A stretch of 50,466 nt of DNA, filler included, from Catajapyx aquilonaris (taxonomy: Eukaryota), in the NCBI GenBank assembly GCA_000934665.2. It is 3 parts of 3 records of this genome, joined end to end, with 100 filler letters (N's around TTAATTAATTAA, not from the genome) between each part and the next. Parts side by side here need not be neighbours in the genome. Positions count along the whole stretch, not along the records: positions 1 to 16,737 come from JYFJ02007121.1; positions 16,838 to 33,632 come from JYFJ02007122.1; 1 more part is not named here. One strand, written 5' to 3'. A program made the translations under genes and the position numbers. The first letter of the stretch is position 1; each line of letters begins with the position of its first letter. Below are positions 12,254 through 25,505 of this stretch, in pieces. The notes below the pieces were generated by a model that saw only the letters and a program-made list of their open reading frames with translations, had not been told where the DNA came from and did not search any database.

Positions 12254-15200
12254 GTCTGAACCCTTGGCAGAACCTTATGGTTCCACAGGCCTGTCTGAAG
12301 TGTTTTACAAAGATGTTTGGGTGGCTATATTAGCATGCCAGGATAGATCAATGTTTGTCAAAATTTTGCCTGTAAAGACAGTGTCAAGTGAAAGTGCTAA
12401 TTTTTAGTAAAAATGGAAGCAATAGAGGGAACAATCACATCAGGTATTTTTTCTTGCTTTCTAAGTAACCCATTTCACATTAAATGTATTCAGAATTTCA
12501 GCTTTGCAGCACATGTCTGAGAAAGATATTTAGTTAAGTCTGTGTTTCCTTTATAAACGAATTGAAGCACTTCTATCAGCAAGGTCATTGTTACAGCATA
12601 CATACACACATTACCCAGCTGATGAAACCTTGGGGTTAGCAGGTTCAAGTGTACTACCCCAAAAATGCAATGTGATCATCTGATTGTGTAATGTGAATGC
12701 AGAAATTCTCCCATTTGGATGCATAAAGAGATACCGGTAATCCATTTGCATATATTTAGGTTACTGGTCTTCTGGAAAATTACCTAGCTGGGGTATACAT
12801 AGGGCCTACACATTGTTTTGACATCACATTAGCCATTATTGCAGGCATGTGGATACAACAGTGTGTAGCAAACACCATTCAGAATTTTCATGCAAAATCT
12901 TCGTAAATGACTAACTTGTTTGTATCAAAATGGTATCAAAAAGGAAACTTCCCTTGCTTATCTTTGCTGTGTCTCAATTCTTCACAAACGAGAGACCCCA
13001 TTTCTATATTACATCAGATTGCAAGAGTCTTCAAAAGAGCAGGAGTAATGGGAGGGAGGAGAGATCAGTAACACATGTCTCTTTCTCTGAAGAAGCATAA
13101 ATTATTATTGCATAATGTCTACAGAGCCACAAGAGGACTACCAATAGTCATTTTTGGGAATGGAAGGTGAAGAGTGAAGCTTTTAAAATGTGCAATCATT
13201 ATTAATTATTATTAATATGTAGGAATGGAAAATAATTCTTTTCTATGATGGTTGAAAAATGGTTTACCGTCATGTTTAAAAATTTCTGCACTTCATTTTA
13301 ATAAAGGCATGATGTGCATCTTGGGAGTAAATGAGAGTATCCCCCCTTGCTTCTTAGTATTGCACTTGTGCAAAAACTAGGTAAATCATGTTGCAGTCTA
13401 TGCTGTACATTTTTCTGGGGATTTGACAAACTGTGCAAATGTTATAATTACATGTGATAAAATATACCATATTTGCTAAGATAATAATTAACATTGAAAA
13501 ATGCACATGTAGTTCTTAATGATCATGACATATATTCGAAGTTTAACTTGAATTTACTTGTCACATTTTGTATTTGCATAGTTTTTGCATGAAGTGACTA
13601 ATTGCTGATGCGAATATATTTGTAGGAAATTATTAGTTCAGACCACACATTCTGCTTCACTTACATTCCCTTTCTGATTGTCATTGTTAACTCCTGTCAA
13701 TCTAAAACTAAATGCAGGCTTTATGGTCTCTATTAGGTTATTATCATTTAATCTAATCAGTTCACTTGCTGCCTGGGACAATAGAACAGAGCAGAGAGGA
13801 TGGAGTGGAAGGAAGGTTTACTGTACATTGAGCACTCACACTTGGCAGGTTTTCCACTTGGCAACGTTCGCAACCAAATTGCTTCACACACATGAACGGC
13901 CGTGACGTATGCACAAGAATCAGAATGAAATAGTCACATGCCTGAAGTGATAATTTGTCCTCTTGGCTCTGATAAACTAGTGAAATGTGTCCTTGAATAG
14001 GGTAGTCTACAGTTGATTATTTACTTTCTAGCTGAAATATTACATAATAATTGGAACTTGTTATGCGTAGCTTTTCAGTCATTCATGTTCAGTAGTATTT
14101 ATCACATATGCTCACAATCAAATGGCCATTATGAGCTGCAAGTCAGTTCTGTTACACAATGACTCACATATGTGTTTGAAAGTTCAAAGTACGGGAGATT
14201 TAAATATGCCGCCCTAATCAAGCTGCTCTTCAACACATAAATCAGGCACTATACCTATAGGAGGGCTACACTATTTGTATTAATGCTTTGTACATTGAGA
14301 AATGATGTCAGACTTGCCATTTAAGACCATTGAATGACTTTCCAATTGAAAATGCCCATCCTGGGGGAACAACTGGCATTGAACAGAACTCATTAACTGC
14401 AGGCGTTAAAAAGGAGGGGCTCATGCAACCTGATAATTATCAGCAGCCAATCTTTTGATAACACTAAAATGACTTTGCAAAAATAACTACATTAAAATAA
14501 GCAGGATCCATAGTTCCAGAAAAAGCTTACTTAAATGGACATGTCAGTAATGAGCACAGGTTTGTGGAGCATCAGATGGGTTGTTGTCAGTTATTAATTT
14601 ACTTGTGTAGAATTTCTTTCGACCCAGAGATGGTACAGTACAGGGTAGTTTATAGTGATTAAGGCAAATGTCTAGGGTGAACTCTTGTGGACCACATGAT
14701 GTCGCAGGCTGTCTTAAACATGCTTCATTTAATAAAGTGCATTTCAGTAAAGAGAGTGCAGCAATCCAATGGCACCTTTACATAAAGTAATCGTCTGCTG
14801 CCAAGAGTTTTTCTAGAAGTCTGTCGGAATCATTTTGAAACTTCCTGTACAATGTACAATGGAACTCACTCATTTTTATCTACATCAGTGGCAGGGAATC
14901 AAAAACGGTTTTTATGCAGCTGTGGAAGTGGAACCACATTCTTGACACAAAATAAACCAGTGTCTTATTGCAAAAGCTTCGCACTTCCCCTCGGATTTAA
15001 GTTCCATGTGACATTCCAGGGCCAAATTCCGCAGTTCCAGCTATATAGGGGTTCTGTTTACACGCTGAGATGTGGAAGCTGGACCTTCCAGGAATGATAA
15101 GGGTCTTATTGCAGGAAAAGTTACACAATGAAACCAGAGCACTATGCACTATTAGAAGTTAAGTAGAGGTAGGCCTTGACGCACCTTCAACGAGGTTGGT

Positions 15201-15299
15201 CAAGTGAATGATAATTCGGACATTCTTTCGAGTCACACATGAAGTAGCGGCAGTGATTGTGATTTATCGCAACAATCCCGATTGTAAATGAAGCAAGTA

Positions 15300-16737
15300 T
15301 TTTGCGATAAGTCGTGATATATCTCAGGTCAGCGTCTGAAATTAAGTGCTATTAGCTGCTGCTGTTGCGAAACCCTGCCGATGACACTTCCTCCGAGAGG
15401 GCGACATCACCGCAATAATTCGTCGAGAAACAAAGAGGGTCTCTCCGCACACATTCTCCAAGTTCCATTCGTGTGACGGGAACAATGGAAAAACTAGCCC
15501 AGGTCTGGCGACGAGGTGGTACCCGTCTGTCGTCTCCGGGGATCCGTGCCCATTAGAAGTCTCTCGATGGCTCACTATAATTTGGTAGACCGTGTGACAT
15601 TGCATCAGGATTCGGTAAACTATGATTGCTGCATGTTCAGCAGTTGGATTTCTGTAACGTCGTCGACCGAAGGACTGTACGAACGGGTACGCACATTTTT
15701 GTCATGTTACCCGTTGTCATGTGCACTATTGCCAGTATCTCTGGGTTGTCAGTTTTGTGTCTAGCAGCCTGTTTTCTCGCTGCTTTATAAAATGTTCTCT
15801 AAATGTGATAATGCGCGAATTTTCGTGACCTGGCAAAGTGGCAAGGGTATTTGGTCAGGTTCAACACCCTGGAAGCCCCTATTTGTGCGGCAGCATACTA
15901 TGGAGTGGTGGAGATGGATATTTGCTCCCGTCGAAGTGTCTGTCAACACCCAGCATCCTGATCTCCCATTTCTGGAATCGAGCCTCTTTTTTTCTGCATC
16001 GAAGTTTGAAGGACGCGAGGTTTCCAGGGCAATGGATATTTGATGGCGAACGGAATTTGCGTCATATTGTCACAAGTGTTGCAGGGGATGTCGGAATTGA
16101 TTTTGGAATTCTGGGTCCAGGCGTTGTCTTTGGGTTGACGACCCAAACGATGGACTCTGGTCATATGAATTCCGTTGTGTAAATCACCTTGGTGGTCATT
16201 CCTGATATCCCCCAAATATGGAGACATGTGCACGGGCAAACAAGACTGTCCGATTATCTCTGTGAGGGTATGTGGGTGATTAGAGGACTCCTCCTTATAA
16301 GTTCAAAGATCAAAAGCGGTGGCCAGTTAGCGAAGAGTTCCTTAGCTCAGCACCGGTTACATAAGTGACTCTTACGATGCTAGTTGGTGGACGAATTAGG
16401 AGCTGGGTGGAAACACACCATTTGCTGGACGAGGAAGGGTACACCAAGAGCTACGGGGTAAACATCAGTACACGCGTGCCTATTGTGGTGACAGGTTTGA
16501 CGCCTGATTGATCAGCGGTTGTTTCGCGGTCACGGCTTCATGTGAATTGCATATCGCCTCATTATGGGGAGGCAGGTGTGGAGTGAGGGTATGGCAAATC
16601 TTGGGAAACCGCGAAATTATCAGGTGGATATCGCGTGGAACCGATTAGGACTGATTGTTGGATTGTACAGACCCTTTTTAAATGTTGCATCGTGAGGCTG
16701 GTAGCCGGTTGTGCTTCGAGGAAGTGTACGGGAGATG
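15300..16737 (-). pseudogene. Heavily decayed non-LTR retrotransposon-like relic (possibly R1-type ORF2 C-terminal part)
   Basis: GC-richer block with scattered fragments such as WGISGMTTKVIY...SIVWV and NGHG...GYHLV, resembling the R1 post-RT region and CCHC-adjacent motif; many stops and frameshifts. Confidence 0.3.
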
Positions 16738-16837
16738 NNNNNNNNNNNNNNNNNNNNNNNNNNNNNNNNNNNNNNNNNNNNTTAATTAATTAANNNNNNN
16801 NNNNNNNNNNNNNNNNNNNNNNNNNNNNNNNNNNNNN
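16738..16837. other. Assembly gap spacer (44 N + TTAATTAATTAA + 44 N)
   Basis: Direct reading; six-frame-stop linker, same layout as 33633-33732. Confidence 0.97.
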
Positions 16838-16934
16838 TAGATACATGGGTACTACAACATACTCGGTTTTGGTCGAAATCGGAAAAGATTTGTCGGGGAG
16901 GGGGGTCCAGTTGACGTGGAATGCCTCATATATA

Positions 16935-17845
16935 GGGGAGACTGGGGCACAGTGGACCACGGGTCACAGTGGACCTTTCCATTTTAAAAATCGAAAAAGC
17001 CGCCAAATTTTTTTCATCTGGTACCTCGTGAAGAAGTCACTGCCATGCTCCTGCCAACATGGCTGGCAACGGCTAGCGATCGATCGATCGATAGATATCC
17101 AGCGAAATCGATTTGAAGATAAGTGAAGTAAATTACTAACCCACAGTTTAAATGCCACTTCAGGCGTAGATGTTGGGCATGAGCCTGATATAAAAATCTT
17201 GTGGAATAGTGCCGCCCTTTGCATATGAATTACCGCAAGTTTGGTAAGCCTAACTTGCAATCGAAGTTACAATCATAGCATTATGTCAGTTGCTGCTGTC
17301 CGGGGCACAGTGGTCCATGTACCACTGTGCCCCGAAATGCACACTGTGTCCCGAAATGAACAGCTGTAAAAAAATGTGAGACAATTATTTAAAAAATGTG
17401 AATTAGGTAGAAAAAGGGCAACACTGTGATTTTGACAAACCACCCTCCAAATGAACAACTGTAAAAAAAAAAGGCGAGATAATGATTTTTAAAATGTGAA
17501 TTAGGTAGAAAAAATGGGCAAAACTGTGATGTTGACACAGTCCTCAAAATGAACAGCTGTAAAAAAATGTTAGGCAATGATAATAAACTTCTTGTGTGAA
17601 TTAGGGGTCCCAATCACTTCCGGACCACTGTGCCCCACCTATCGGGGTACAGTGGACCATTTGCAGGGGGTCGCTTCTAATTTTTTTTAAAGCCAAAAGG
17701 ATGGCACTGCCTGTGAATATAGTAGTGACTTATATTACCAAGGAGTATCTCCACCATGCCTGAAAATATGGGGTGTGTAGGTACAACAGGTAGGTATATA
17801 AAAATTCAAATGTGCAAAAGTGGTCCACTGTGCCCCGGTCTCCCC
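16935..17845. mobile_element. Non-autonomous TIR element, TA-flanked (Tc1/mariner-pogo type)
   Basis: 26-bp TIRs ggggagac(t/c)ggggcacagtggaccac with 1 mismatch; TA on both sides; the TIR core recurs internally near 17300-17335 and 17622-17660. Confidence 0.85.
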
Positions 17846-17857
17846 TATATATATATA

Positions 17858-18158
17858 CTAGCAGGTTACCCGGCGTTGCCCGGGTAAGTTATGGTGGTAG
17901 GCCTACAATGTAATGAGGGCATTACCATGGAAATCTATGAATATTGTTAAATAGGTAATTGCAATTGGTTAATTGGGAATATGCGTGTTATGGGTGTTAG
18001 GTACATTTTCGGAAGCTGAAACATGCGGCATTAAATTCCTTGAAAAATGTAACTCCCGATATGCTAATTTAAGGCGGTGTAGGGGCCTTCCCCCGGATTT
18101 CTATAAGGGACAAACAAACAAACAAATTGACAAACTTCCTTATTTATAGAGATAGAGA
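17858..18158 (-). mobile_element. Short non-autonomous Helitron
   Basis: Minus strand starts TCTCTATCTCTATAAAT and ends with hairpin cccgggcaacgccggg then CTAG|T; internal (aaac)n. Confidence 0.7.
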
Positions 18159-18164
18159 TATATA

Positions 18165-18744
18165 CAGGGTGGTCGGTAAATGGCGGACAAGCTTCAGGTA
18201 GCGAGATTCCTTGTGAAAAAACAGTATATGGAAATGAAGGTCATATTGCTTTACGAGGCCTGGTTAGGGCTCACGAGGTCTCCAAAGTTTGGACCAAATC
18301 ATGACGTCACATCCGCCCGCGAAATTCAAACAATACCGTATCGCTGCAGTGCACGGTTTGTTACCAGGCGTTGCCATGTTGACATCCCCCACATTTTCAC
18401 CAAACAATGGAACCGTATAAACTCCCTGGGACGTTGCCAGGCACGCGGCGGCGACGGTTTGGAAATGCCTGGCAACGTCCCTGCGAGTTTATACGGTTCC
18501 ATTGTTTGGTGAACATGTGGGGGATGTCAACATGGCAACCCCTGGTAACGCACCGCAGACAGAAGCGATACGGTAGTGTTTGAATTTCTCGGGCGGATGT
18601 GACGTCATGATTTGGCCCAAACTTTGGAGGCCTCGTGAGCCCTAACCATGCATCGCAGAGCAATATGACCTTCACTTCCATATACTGGTTTTTCACAAGG
18701 AATCTCGCTACCTGAAGCTTGTCCGCCATTTACCGACCACCATG
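18165..18744. mobile_element. 580-bp fold-back MITE, TA-flanked (Tc1/mariner type)
   Basis: Ends ca(g/t)ggtggtcggtaaatggcggacaag; arms pair over almost the whole length, as shown by mirror ORFs 18180+ and 18729-. Confidence 0.9.
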
Positions 18745-18860
18745 TATATATATAAGGAAGTTTGAGAGTTTAAGAGTTTGTTTTTTTGTCCCTTATTGAA
18801 ATCCAGGGGAAGGCCCCTACACCCCCTTAAATTAGCATATCGGGGGTTACATTTTCCAAC
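18745..18860 (+). mobile_element. 5' part of a second copy of the 17858-18158 Helitron family, opposite orientation
   Basis: Reverse-complement similarity to 18040-18148 (ataaggaagtttg...tttgtccctta...ggcccctacacc...ttaaattagcatatcggg...gttacattttc). Confidence 0.6.
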
Positions 18861-20175
18861 GCCAATTTGGGCCCGCTCCTGTTGTGGACCTAGTGGTCCA
18901 ATTTTCACGACAATTTATTTTTATGGTCCCCGGGTGTGCCCCATTGCCGTATTAAAATTTCAGACTTGCAGCATTTTCCTGTGCCGAACTAGAAAATGCC
19001 GAAGTGTAGAGTACGAATTGGCTCCAGTAAAGATACACGGCAGCGCGAGACGTAAGAGTAAATGAGAGAAGGGGCTGTAGTGCGGGTCAGTGGCGGTGGA
19101 AGTGGCTGAGACTTGGCGGATGCACTGCCGTGCATCTTGATGATGATGATGATGATGATGATAACATGTTATTTTAAGGAAACATTTAAATGATAGGTCT
19201 TCATGAGAATGTGCAGGGATACCATTCTTAAATTTAACATTTGAGCATGACTGTATAATGCATATTATAATGTGTGTACCTGAGCAGACATCAGTAGATT
19301 CATTGTATTGTCATGTGAGACGGCTAGGTGTGATACCTGATGGTCATCGCTGGCCACTCTGTCATGGGATATAATGCCATGAAGGCGGAATGTGTATGTA
19401 GGCTACCCCAATGTATGTAGTCTATATGTGTATAAATGGTCTATAAATTAGTATAACTTGCTCAAGAAAGCATGTAATTAGTGAGTTCTGTCCATTACTT
19501 TGCAGTCAATGACAATCCAGTTATCTTCTTTATTATCTGTAAAACTAAAAGCGGATTCACTACTAAGGTAAACCTACTAATTTATATACCATCTTCAGGG
19601 GGAAAAATACGGATTTTGGGTTCTGCACATAACACCCAAAAGAAAAAAAGAATGTTACAGTCAAGTCTGGATAGTCCATTTCGTAGTCTACCTGAAACCT
19701 GAATCTGTTTTACTTTCTTTAATGTATACTGAATACCGCACAACGTGATTTTTGCTATCATGCTGCATCACGACCCTTTTGTGACACCCTCAACCTGACA
19801 CCTGTTTTTGGCCATTTTATGACACCCGTTTTTTCTTTCTGGATTTTTTAAATTTTAATTTTAATTGTGAAAACCCGTTTTTCCGGTATGATGGCGGTTC
19901 TGGATTTTGTCCGAGTCTGGCTCACTCTATCACTGATGATTTTGTGCCACTTTCTGAAGAGTATGTACATTGCACTCCTTATTATCCGTGTTGCGGATTA
20001 TCCGTGCATCGGCAAAAAGTTAAGTTGGAAATAAAAGTCCAAAAAATGTCAATATGTCTCGAAAACACATGAAATACCAAATCCTGACATCCTAACATCT
20101 TATTTATGACAGAGGGATGACAGAGGGGATTAACATATATAATTATTGGATCCGATCATCGTAAACGACTGAAAA

Positions 20176-20224
20176 GGATCTAAAAGGAACATTCGATGAA
20201 TCATCGAATGTTCCTTTTAGATCC
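20176..20224. repeat. Perfect palindrome, 24-bp arms, 1-nt spacer
   Basis: ggatctaaaaggaacattcgatga-a-tcatcgaatgttccttttagatcc. Confidence 0.92.
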
Positions 20225-20435
20225 GTTTCATAATCATAAAACTATTACAATATACGATTGTAAAATAATGTAACAATATTCGAATGTAAATAAACACTAT
20301 TTCTAAGGGTGTCATCAATTGGCAAATGACACATTTCAGTGCCCAATTTCTGACACCCACACTAACTCCTTAAATGCATGGGTGCGATTAGAACAAACAT
20401 TCACAAGAGGAAAAGGACATCTTCCATTACTAATT

Positions 20436-20692
20436 GAGGCGTCGCGTCGGCGCAAAAAACCCCATATGTCCAAAATATTCATTTTCGGCATAACATAACA
20501 GCTGGACAGTGCAGCCATCTAGCTACAGGAACATGCGATTGTCAACCGGAAAAACCCATACAACGCCTAAAAATAAATACTGAAAATAGAGAGTTTCCAT
20601 AAAACCCCTTATGTTTCCAAGAAGTTTTTCGTGTTTTTCTGAAAACTACCTTGATGTGACTAATGGGGTTTTTGCCGCCGACGCGACGCCTC
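20436..20692. mobile_element. MITE with GAG...CTC ends and 4-bp AATT TSD (Sola-like)
   Basis: TIR gaggcgtcgcgtcggcg...; aatt on both flanks. Confidence 0.75.
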
Positions 20693-21308
20693 AATTGTAA
20701 CCTTCAAACTGTTTCCCCATTTTAAAATAAACGTGTAAATATTTTCGAAACGAAACTCGGCTCTTAACGGAATTTGCATTTTCACCCCATTTTACACTGT
20801 GACTGTGCAGCACTTGACACTCTAATTTATTTCTTGAGAACCAACTCACAACTGACCTTCATCTCACTACAGGTTGTTAAATAAAGATAGGAACCGCTGC
20901 CAAAGTGGTTAATTACTATGCTACATGTTTTGAATTCTTGTTATTTAAATTGGGCGAGAAAAGGGGGGGGGGGCACAAATTGGTGGATTTACCTTATTTG
21001 TAGATTCTGCAGGCAAATTACACATCTGGGATGAATTTGCTGTAGGAATACAGGCGGTTTGTGGTACAATGTCTTTAATAAGTCGAGTTAAAAATAAACC
21101 ATATAAAACTCAAAAATTGAAGCATTGGAAATAACAGAATGTTCTAGCAAAATGTCCCAAGTGTACTGAAATAATGAGATTTTCTTAGTCAGGAAAATAA
21201 ACAACTTCTTTTCCAGTAGGAGTCCACATTTCATCAAGCATAGAGCTATTATTCTTTCAATATCCTTTGATCCAATGGATATAATATTAATACTATTTGG
21301 ATAAACTC

Positions 21309-21632
21309 AGGGGAGACGGAGTGGTGCTGCGGTAACGTATGCGCCCACGGATGTTAAGGTCCCGGGTTCGATCCCAGCCCCGGGACACCCCCTTCATCTC
21401 GTGCAGAGTTCGGGGTCATCTCTGGCTTCGTTTCGGGTGGTATTTCCAACAGACTAAGCCACCCGGAGGAGTTCACAAAATGACCACAGCTACGACATTG
21501 CACTGCACCTTGCACATCCCCTCCTGTCATCCTGCCCGTGGGCCCGGGCGCTTCGCAAAAAGGTTCCAAAATGGTACGACGACACAATAAAGGTCCGTGC
21601 TGAATGCCGTAAGGTCAAGCACTACCCCCAGG
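21309..21632 (+). mobile_element. tRNA-derived SINE (family A)
   Basis: A-box-like tggtgctgcgg, B box ggttcgatccc; 14-bp TSD atttggataaactc at 21295-21308 and 21633-21646. Confidence 0.88.
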
Positions 21633-21939
21633 ATTTGGATAAACTCTTTGGGCAACTTCTTCAAATTCTCCAGCTGTGTTTGGATCAAACTGTGGCATTG
21701 ATAGCTTTTCAAACTCTACATTTTACCTTCAAAGCTTCTCTCTCACTAAAAGTCACAGATTTTTTTTTTTTAATACATCTTTCTTTTTGCCTTTCCAATG
21801 CACTCATCTAGGACATCTCTTAATTCCCTTCTTGCTTTAACTGCGACATTTGCTTTTTCTTTCATTCCACTGCTGTAAGTGCCATTTTAACAGCCGGGAA
21901 ACAATAGTGACAGTGGCATCCAAGCGGAAACGTGACTTA

Positions 21940-22064
21940 GGGCCGGTTTCACCGAGCTTGGTATATGATAAAACCAGGTTTCTTTAGGAAAATCCATACA
22001 AATAGATAGGGATTTTGAGAAATACCCTGGTTTTATCATATACTGAGCTCGGTGAAACCGGCCC
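21940..22064. mobile_element. 125-bp MITE with TTA TSD (PIF/Harbinger, Tourist-like)
   Basis: About 40-bp TIRs gggccggtttcaccgagct...; tta on both flanks. Confidence 0.85.
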
Positions 22065-23411
22065 TTATACGACAAAAATTAAATGGCCTTAACAATGTTC
22101 AGACAAAAATTACCTCAAAATTATTATTATTATTTGAAGGGTATACTGCTGTGTAGTGAGAAGTTAATTAATATCAACATTTAGATTTTGGTCCTACAGC
22201 TAAAAAAATTAAATGTCAAAAAATCGTGACTTACACGACACACAAAGATGGTATTTAAACCTGCTAATTTTTATGCTGAATAAGTCAATCCAATGGAAAT
22301 ATAAATACGGTGGATTGATCCAGTTCTTATGTGATAGAAACCACAGTTTACTGCAAAACACTAGCTTACTTGTTGAATTATGAAGATTTTTATGGAGCCT
22401 GAGAACAAAGAAATTTGCACACCCGCCATATTGGAAATAAACAGTGTTGTTAGCTTGAATGTATGTGACAATTCTGTAATCATTTTATCTGTTCAAAATT
22501 TTTAAAAGTACACAATCTCAACTTTCAGAAAAGACCATAATATCATAGAAATTATTTATTTTAAAATCTGACTGTGATGTATACTTTTGTACGGAATTAG
22601 CCACATACCTTCCATTATGCAGGTACCCGAACGCTACTCTCCACTGGAGGACTCCAGCTACCCCGTGCACGCGGATCATTCCAGTGTAGTTCCGCTGGCA
22701 GACGACCCGCACATGTCCCTGCATAGATTCAACGTGGTGTCCAAAGAATTAGAAGATGTAAGAGGACGGGGAGGATGTGGCAGTAATATTATTTGTAATA
22801 TCGCTCAGGAAGGAAGGAGTGTGAATAGTGCGTCGGCAACAGGAGGAGCCACCATAGAGGTGCAGACGATGCAGGCGACTCAGTTGGATAGTCCACGAAT
22901 CCTCGTAGCCCGGTCCAGGAGGGCATCGTCTACAGAGACGCTGTGCGGGGAAGAAGTGGGGTTCAGGGGCGGAGTGGATAACCCCGTTTTTCATCCCCAG
23001 TAGCATGAGCCAGACGTTTTTTGCAGCCGTCCCAATATGCTGCCAGGCCATATTGTTAATGCATCTTCGGTATTACACCATCTTAAATGACCCCATGCTC
23101 TCCTAGATGGCCGCCATTCGATGTAGTAAAAGGCAGCCGTCTTGGATGACGCCATGGCCGCCGTTTGGTACAGCAAATGGCAGCCATCTTGCATTACATC
23201 ACGGCCGCTATCAGTAACTTGCAGCTATTTTGGATAACGTCAGAGTCAGAAACGTCTCCTAAAGAAGATGGCTGCCACCAATCGGATGGTGACTGTCATC
23301 AGCAACCCAAGATGGCCCCCTTTTGGTGTAGTAAAAGAGAGCCACGTGGGATATCAAGATGGCTGCTTTCTTAGGATGACATCATGACATCCAATATGGC
23401 TGCCGTTAATA

Positions 23412-23691
23412 ATAATAATTCAAACCCCGTTATCAGCCATCGGGTCTTTAGGGGGGAAGTTTGTTTTGCCTGGAACTCTTTGCTTTTCATTTTACTGAGC
23501 TCTTTGGGATATGATAGGGACGGAAGGAAGCGGCTGTGGCCTATTAATTACGGAAGCAACTCCGGAATTTTCCTGGAAGGACCGTGGGAAACCACAGAAA
23601 ACCACTGGCAGAGTTGCCGGCCCCGGGATTTGATCCCAGGACCTCCCGATTAACAGTCGGACACCATATCCCCTCCTCCAAACTGCGTCGG
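23412..23691 (-). mobile_element. tRNA-derived SINE (family B, copy 1)
   Basis: Minus-strand tRNA-like head with gggatcaaatccc B box, (TTA)n tail; 15-bp TSD tggctgccgttaata at 23397-23411 and 23692-23706; homologous to 29265-29624. Confidence 0.88.
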
Positions 23692-23847
23692 TGGCTGCCG
23701 TTAATAGTATGAAATCATAGAGCAAGGCAGAGGTACTTGTAGCACCTGCGTATGGATTGAAGCCTGGGGCTCCATGTGATAAGTTTCCTGAAAAGCATGG
23801 CGGACAATATATGTTGATGGGGAAACGCCTTCAGACCCTTCTAAGGC

Positions 23848-23983
23848 CATCGTCGTCGTCGTCGTCATCATCATCATCATCATCATCATCACCACCATCA
23901 CCACCATCACCACCATCACCATCATCATCACCACCATCACCACCATCACCACCACCACCACCACCACCACCACCACCACCACC
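23848..23983. repeat. Compound trinucleotide microsatellite (CGT/CAT/CAC)n
   Basis: Direct reading; source of the poly-Ser/Pro and poly-Val/Met ORFs. Confidence 0.95.
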
Positions 23984-24385
23984 AAACAAATACTACTGAC
24001 TGTCTAACTAATCGGTCTACACATTACGTCACTACATCATTCCGTAGAACTGAAAATCAATCATGGCCTGGCAAACCCTAATGCCTGATTGAACCAATGA
24101 AATTACCGATTCGATAGCTCCTAACAGATCGTTAGCACACGTTAAAAAGGTTCCTAGCAATCCGTTATAGGCGCTATCTGATAGATAATTTCGGTTGGTG
24201 CAATCGGGCATAAGCCTAAGCGATATTGCGAAGGGATGAGACTCGGGATCTGCAAATGATACCATGGACTATGTTGTTTGGCAGAAACTGGCGTTCCGTA
24301 TACCATTTCGTGGACGCTGGGTTGATAAAATGAGGATGACTGGATTGATTGCATCATGCATATGTGGACAGATAAGTTAGGCGGC

Positions 24386-24444
<59 letters not shown>

Positions 24445-24456
24445 CTACTACTACTA

Positions 24457-24776
24457 CAGGGTGTCCCACGTCGCTTCTGGTTCTAAATTGTTTGTTATAA
24501 CTCTTTAATAACACTATATGCAACAAAAGGACATGGGGCAAATCTTATCATGGGAAAGGTTGAGCCAGTTGGATTTGGCTGAAACTTGGTCAGTTGATAG
24601 CCCTTGACCTCAGGGTCAATTGTTCTGATGGCCCAAGAAAATATACCGTGCAGTTTGGCCGCTAAAGGCGCTCAGAGTCGGACTTTCAGGTGGTCAAGGT
24701 CTATCAACTGACCAAGTTTCAGCCATCCATATCCAACTGGCTCAACTGTTCCCATAAGATTTGTCCCATGTCCTTT
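24457..24776. mobile_element. Truncated fold-back DNA transposon fragment
   Basis: ta|cagggtgtccc terminus next to an (AGT)n/(ACT)n tract; about 85-bp internal inverted repeat 24526-24610 / 24692-24776. Confidence 0.55.
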
Positions 24777-25505
24777 AAACTTCTTGTCCGTGGAAATCCA
24801 TTGTTATTTCCATGTTCATTAGATCACCCGTAACTCACAATGACCATTTTGACTTCGATTTGTTTTTGACCTGGGGGCAGTAAAAAGAAAAATTCCTCGA
24901 AATGTATGGGTCATTCCGAATCAAGTGGCTGAAATGTTGCTAGAACATCTGAATTTTGATGAGAATAATCACAGCTGCACACACCTATGCCATAACGCCG
25001 CATATCAAATTTCACCCATATTTCGCAATACCGTGGGAGGGGGAAAATCATAGAAATTTGAAATATGCTGAAAATGAGGCCTTTTTTTGGAATTTATTTT
25101 CGGTTATTGGGAGTGGTCAAAACCCAATGAACATATACCGTAGGCTATATCAAATGAAGGAGAAACACGAGGAGAATGCGTCTATGGAATTTGGTTTCCT
25201 CAAAAATGTAACGGAAAAATGCGCGTGGCATTCCATGGATCACATGCTGAGTCACATGCCCAAGAATTTTGACCCAAACAATATTAGTGATGTATTTGCG
25301 TAAAGGCCGTCCAGGAAAAGACTGCATGGGTTTTCTGGGGCTTTGAAGTAGAGTTGCCAGACGCAAAAGGAACCTGGAATACCCCACATCCACGTTGAAA
25401 CAAAAATTCCCCACCTGGCTCCTGTACTTCTCGTCATGGTAAACGTAGGGACTGGGGAGGTGGGGAGGGGGCTGAAAAGTTGGAAAACCCCACCTAATCC
25501 CCACA

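Noticed and set aside
18180..18729. Two near-identical 110-aa ORFs on opposite strands
   Set aside because: Mirror products of the palindromic MITE, not genes.
21309..21385. tRNA gene (also the heads at ~23620-23691, ~29550-29624 and ~47015-47092)
   Set aside because: tRNA-like heads of SINEs, with TSDs or tails and no clean cloverleaf.
23701..23999. Ser/Pro-rich and Val/Met-rich ORFs
   Set aside because: Translations of a compound microsatellite.
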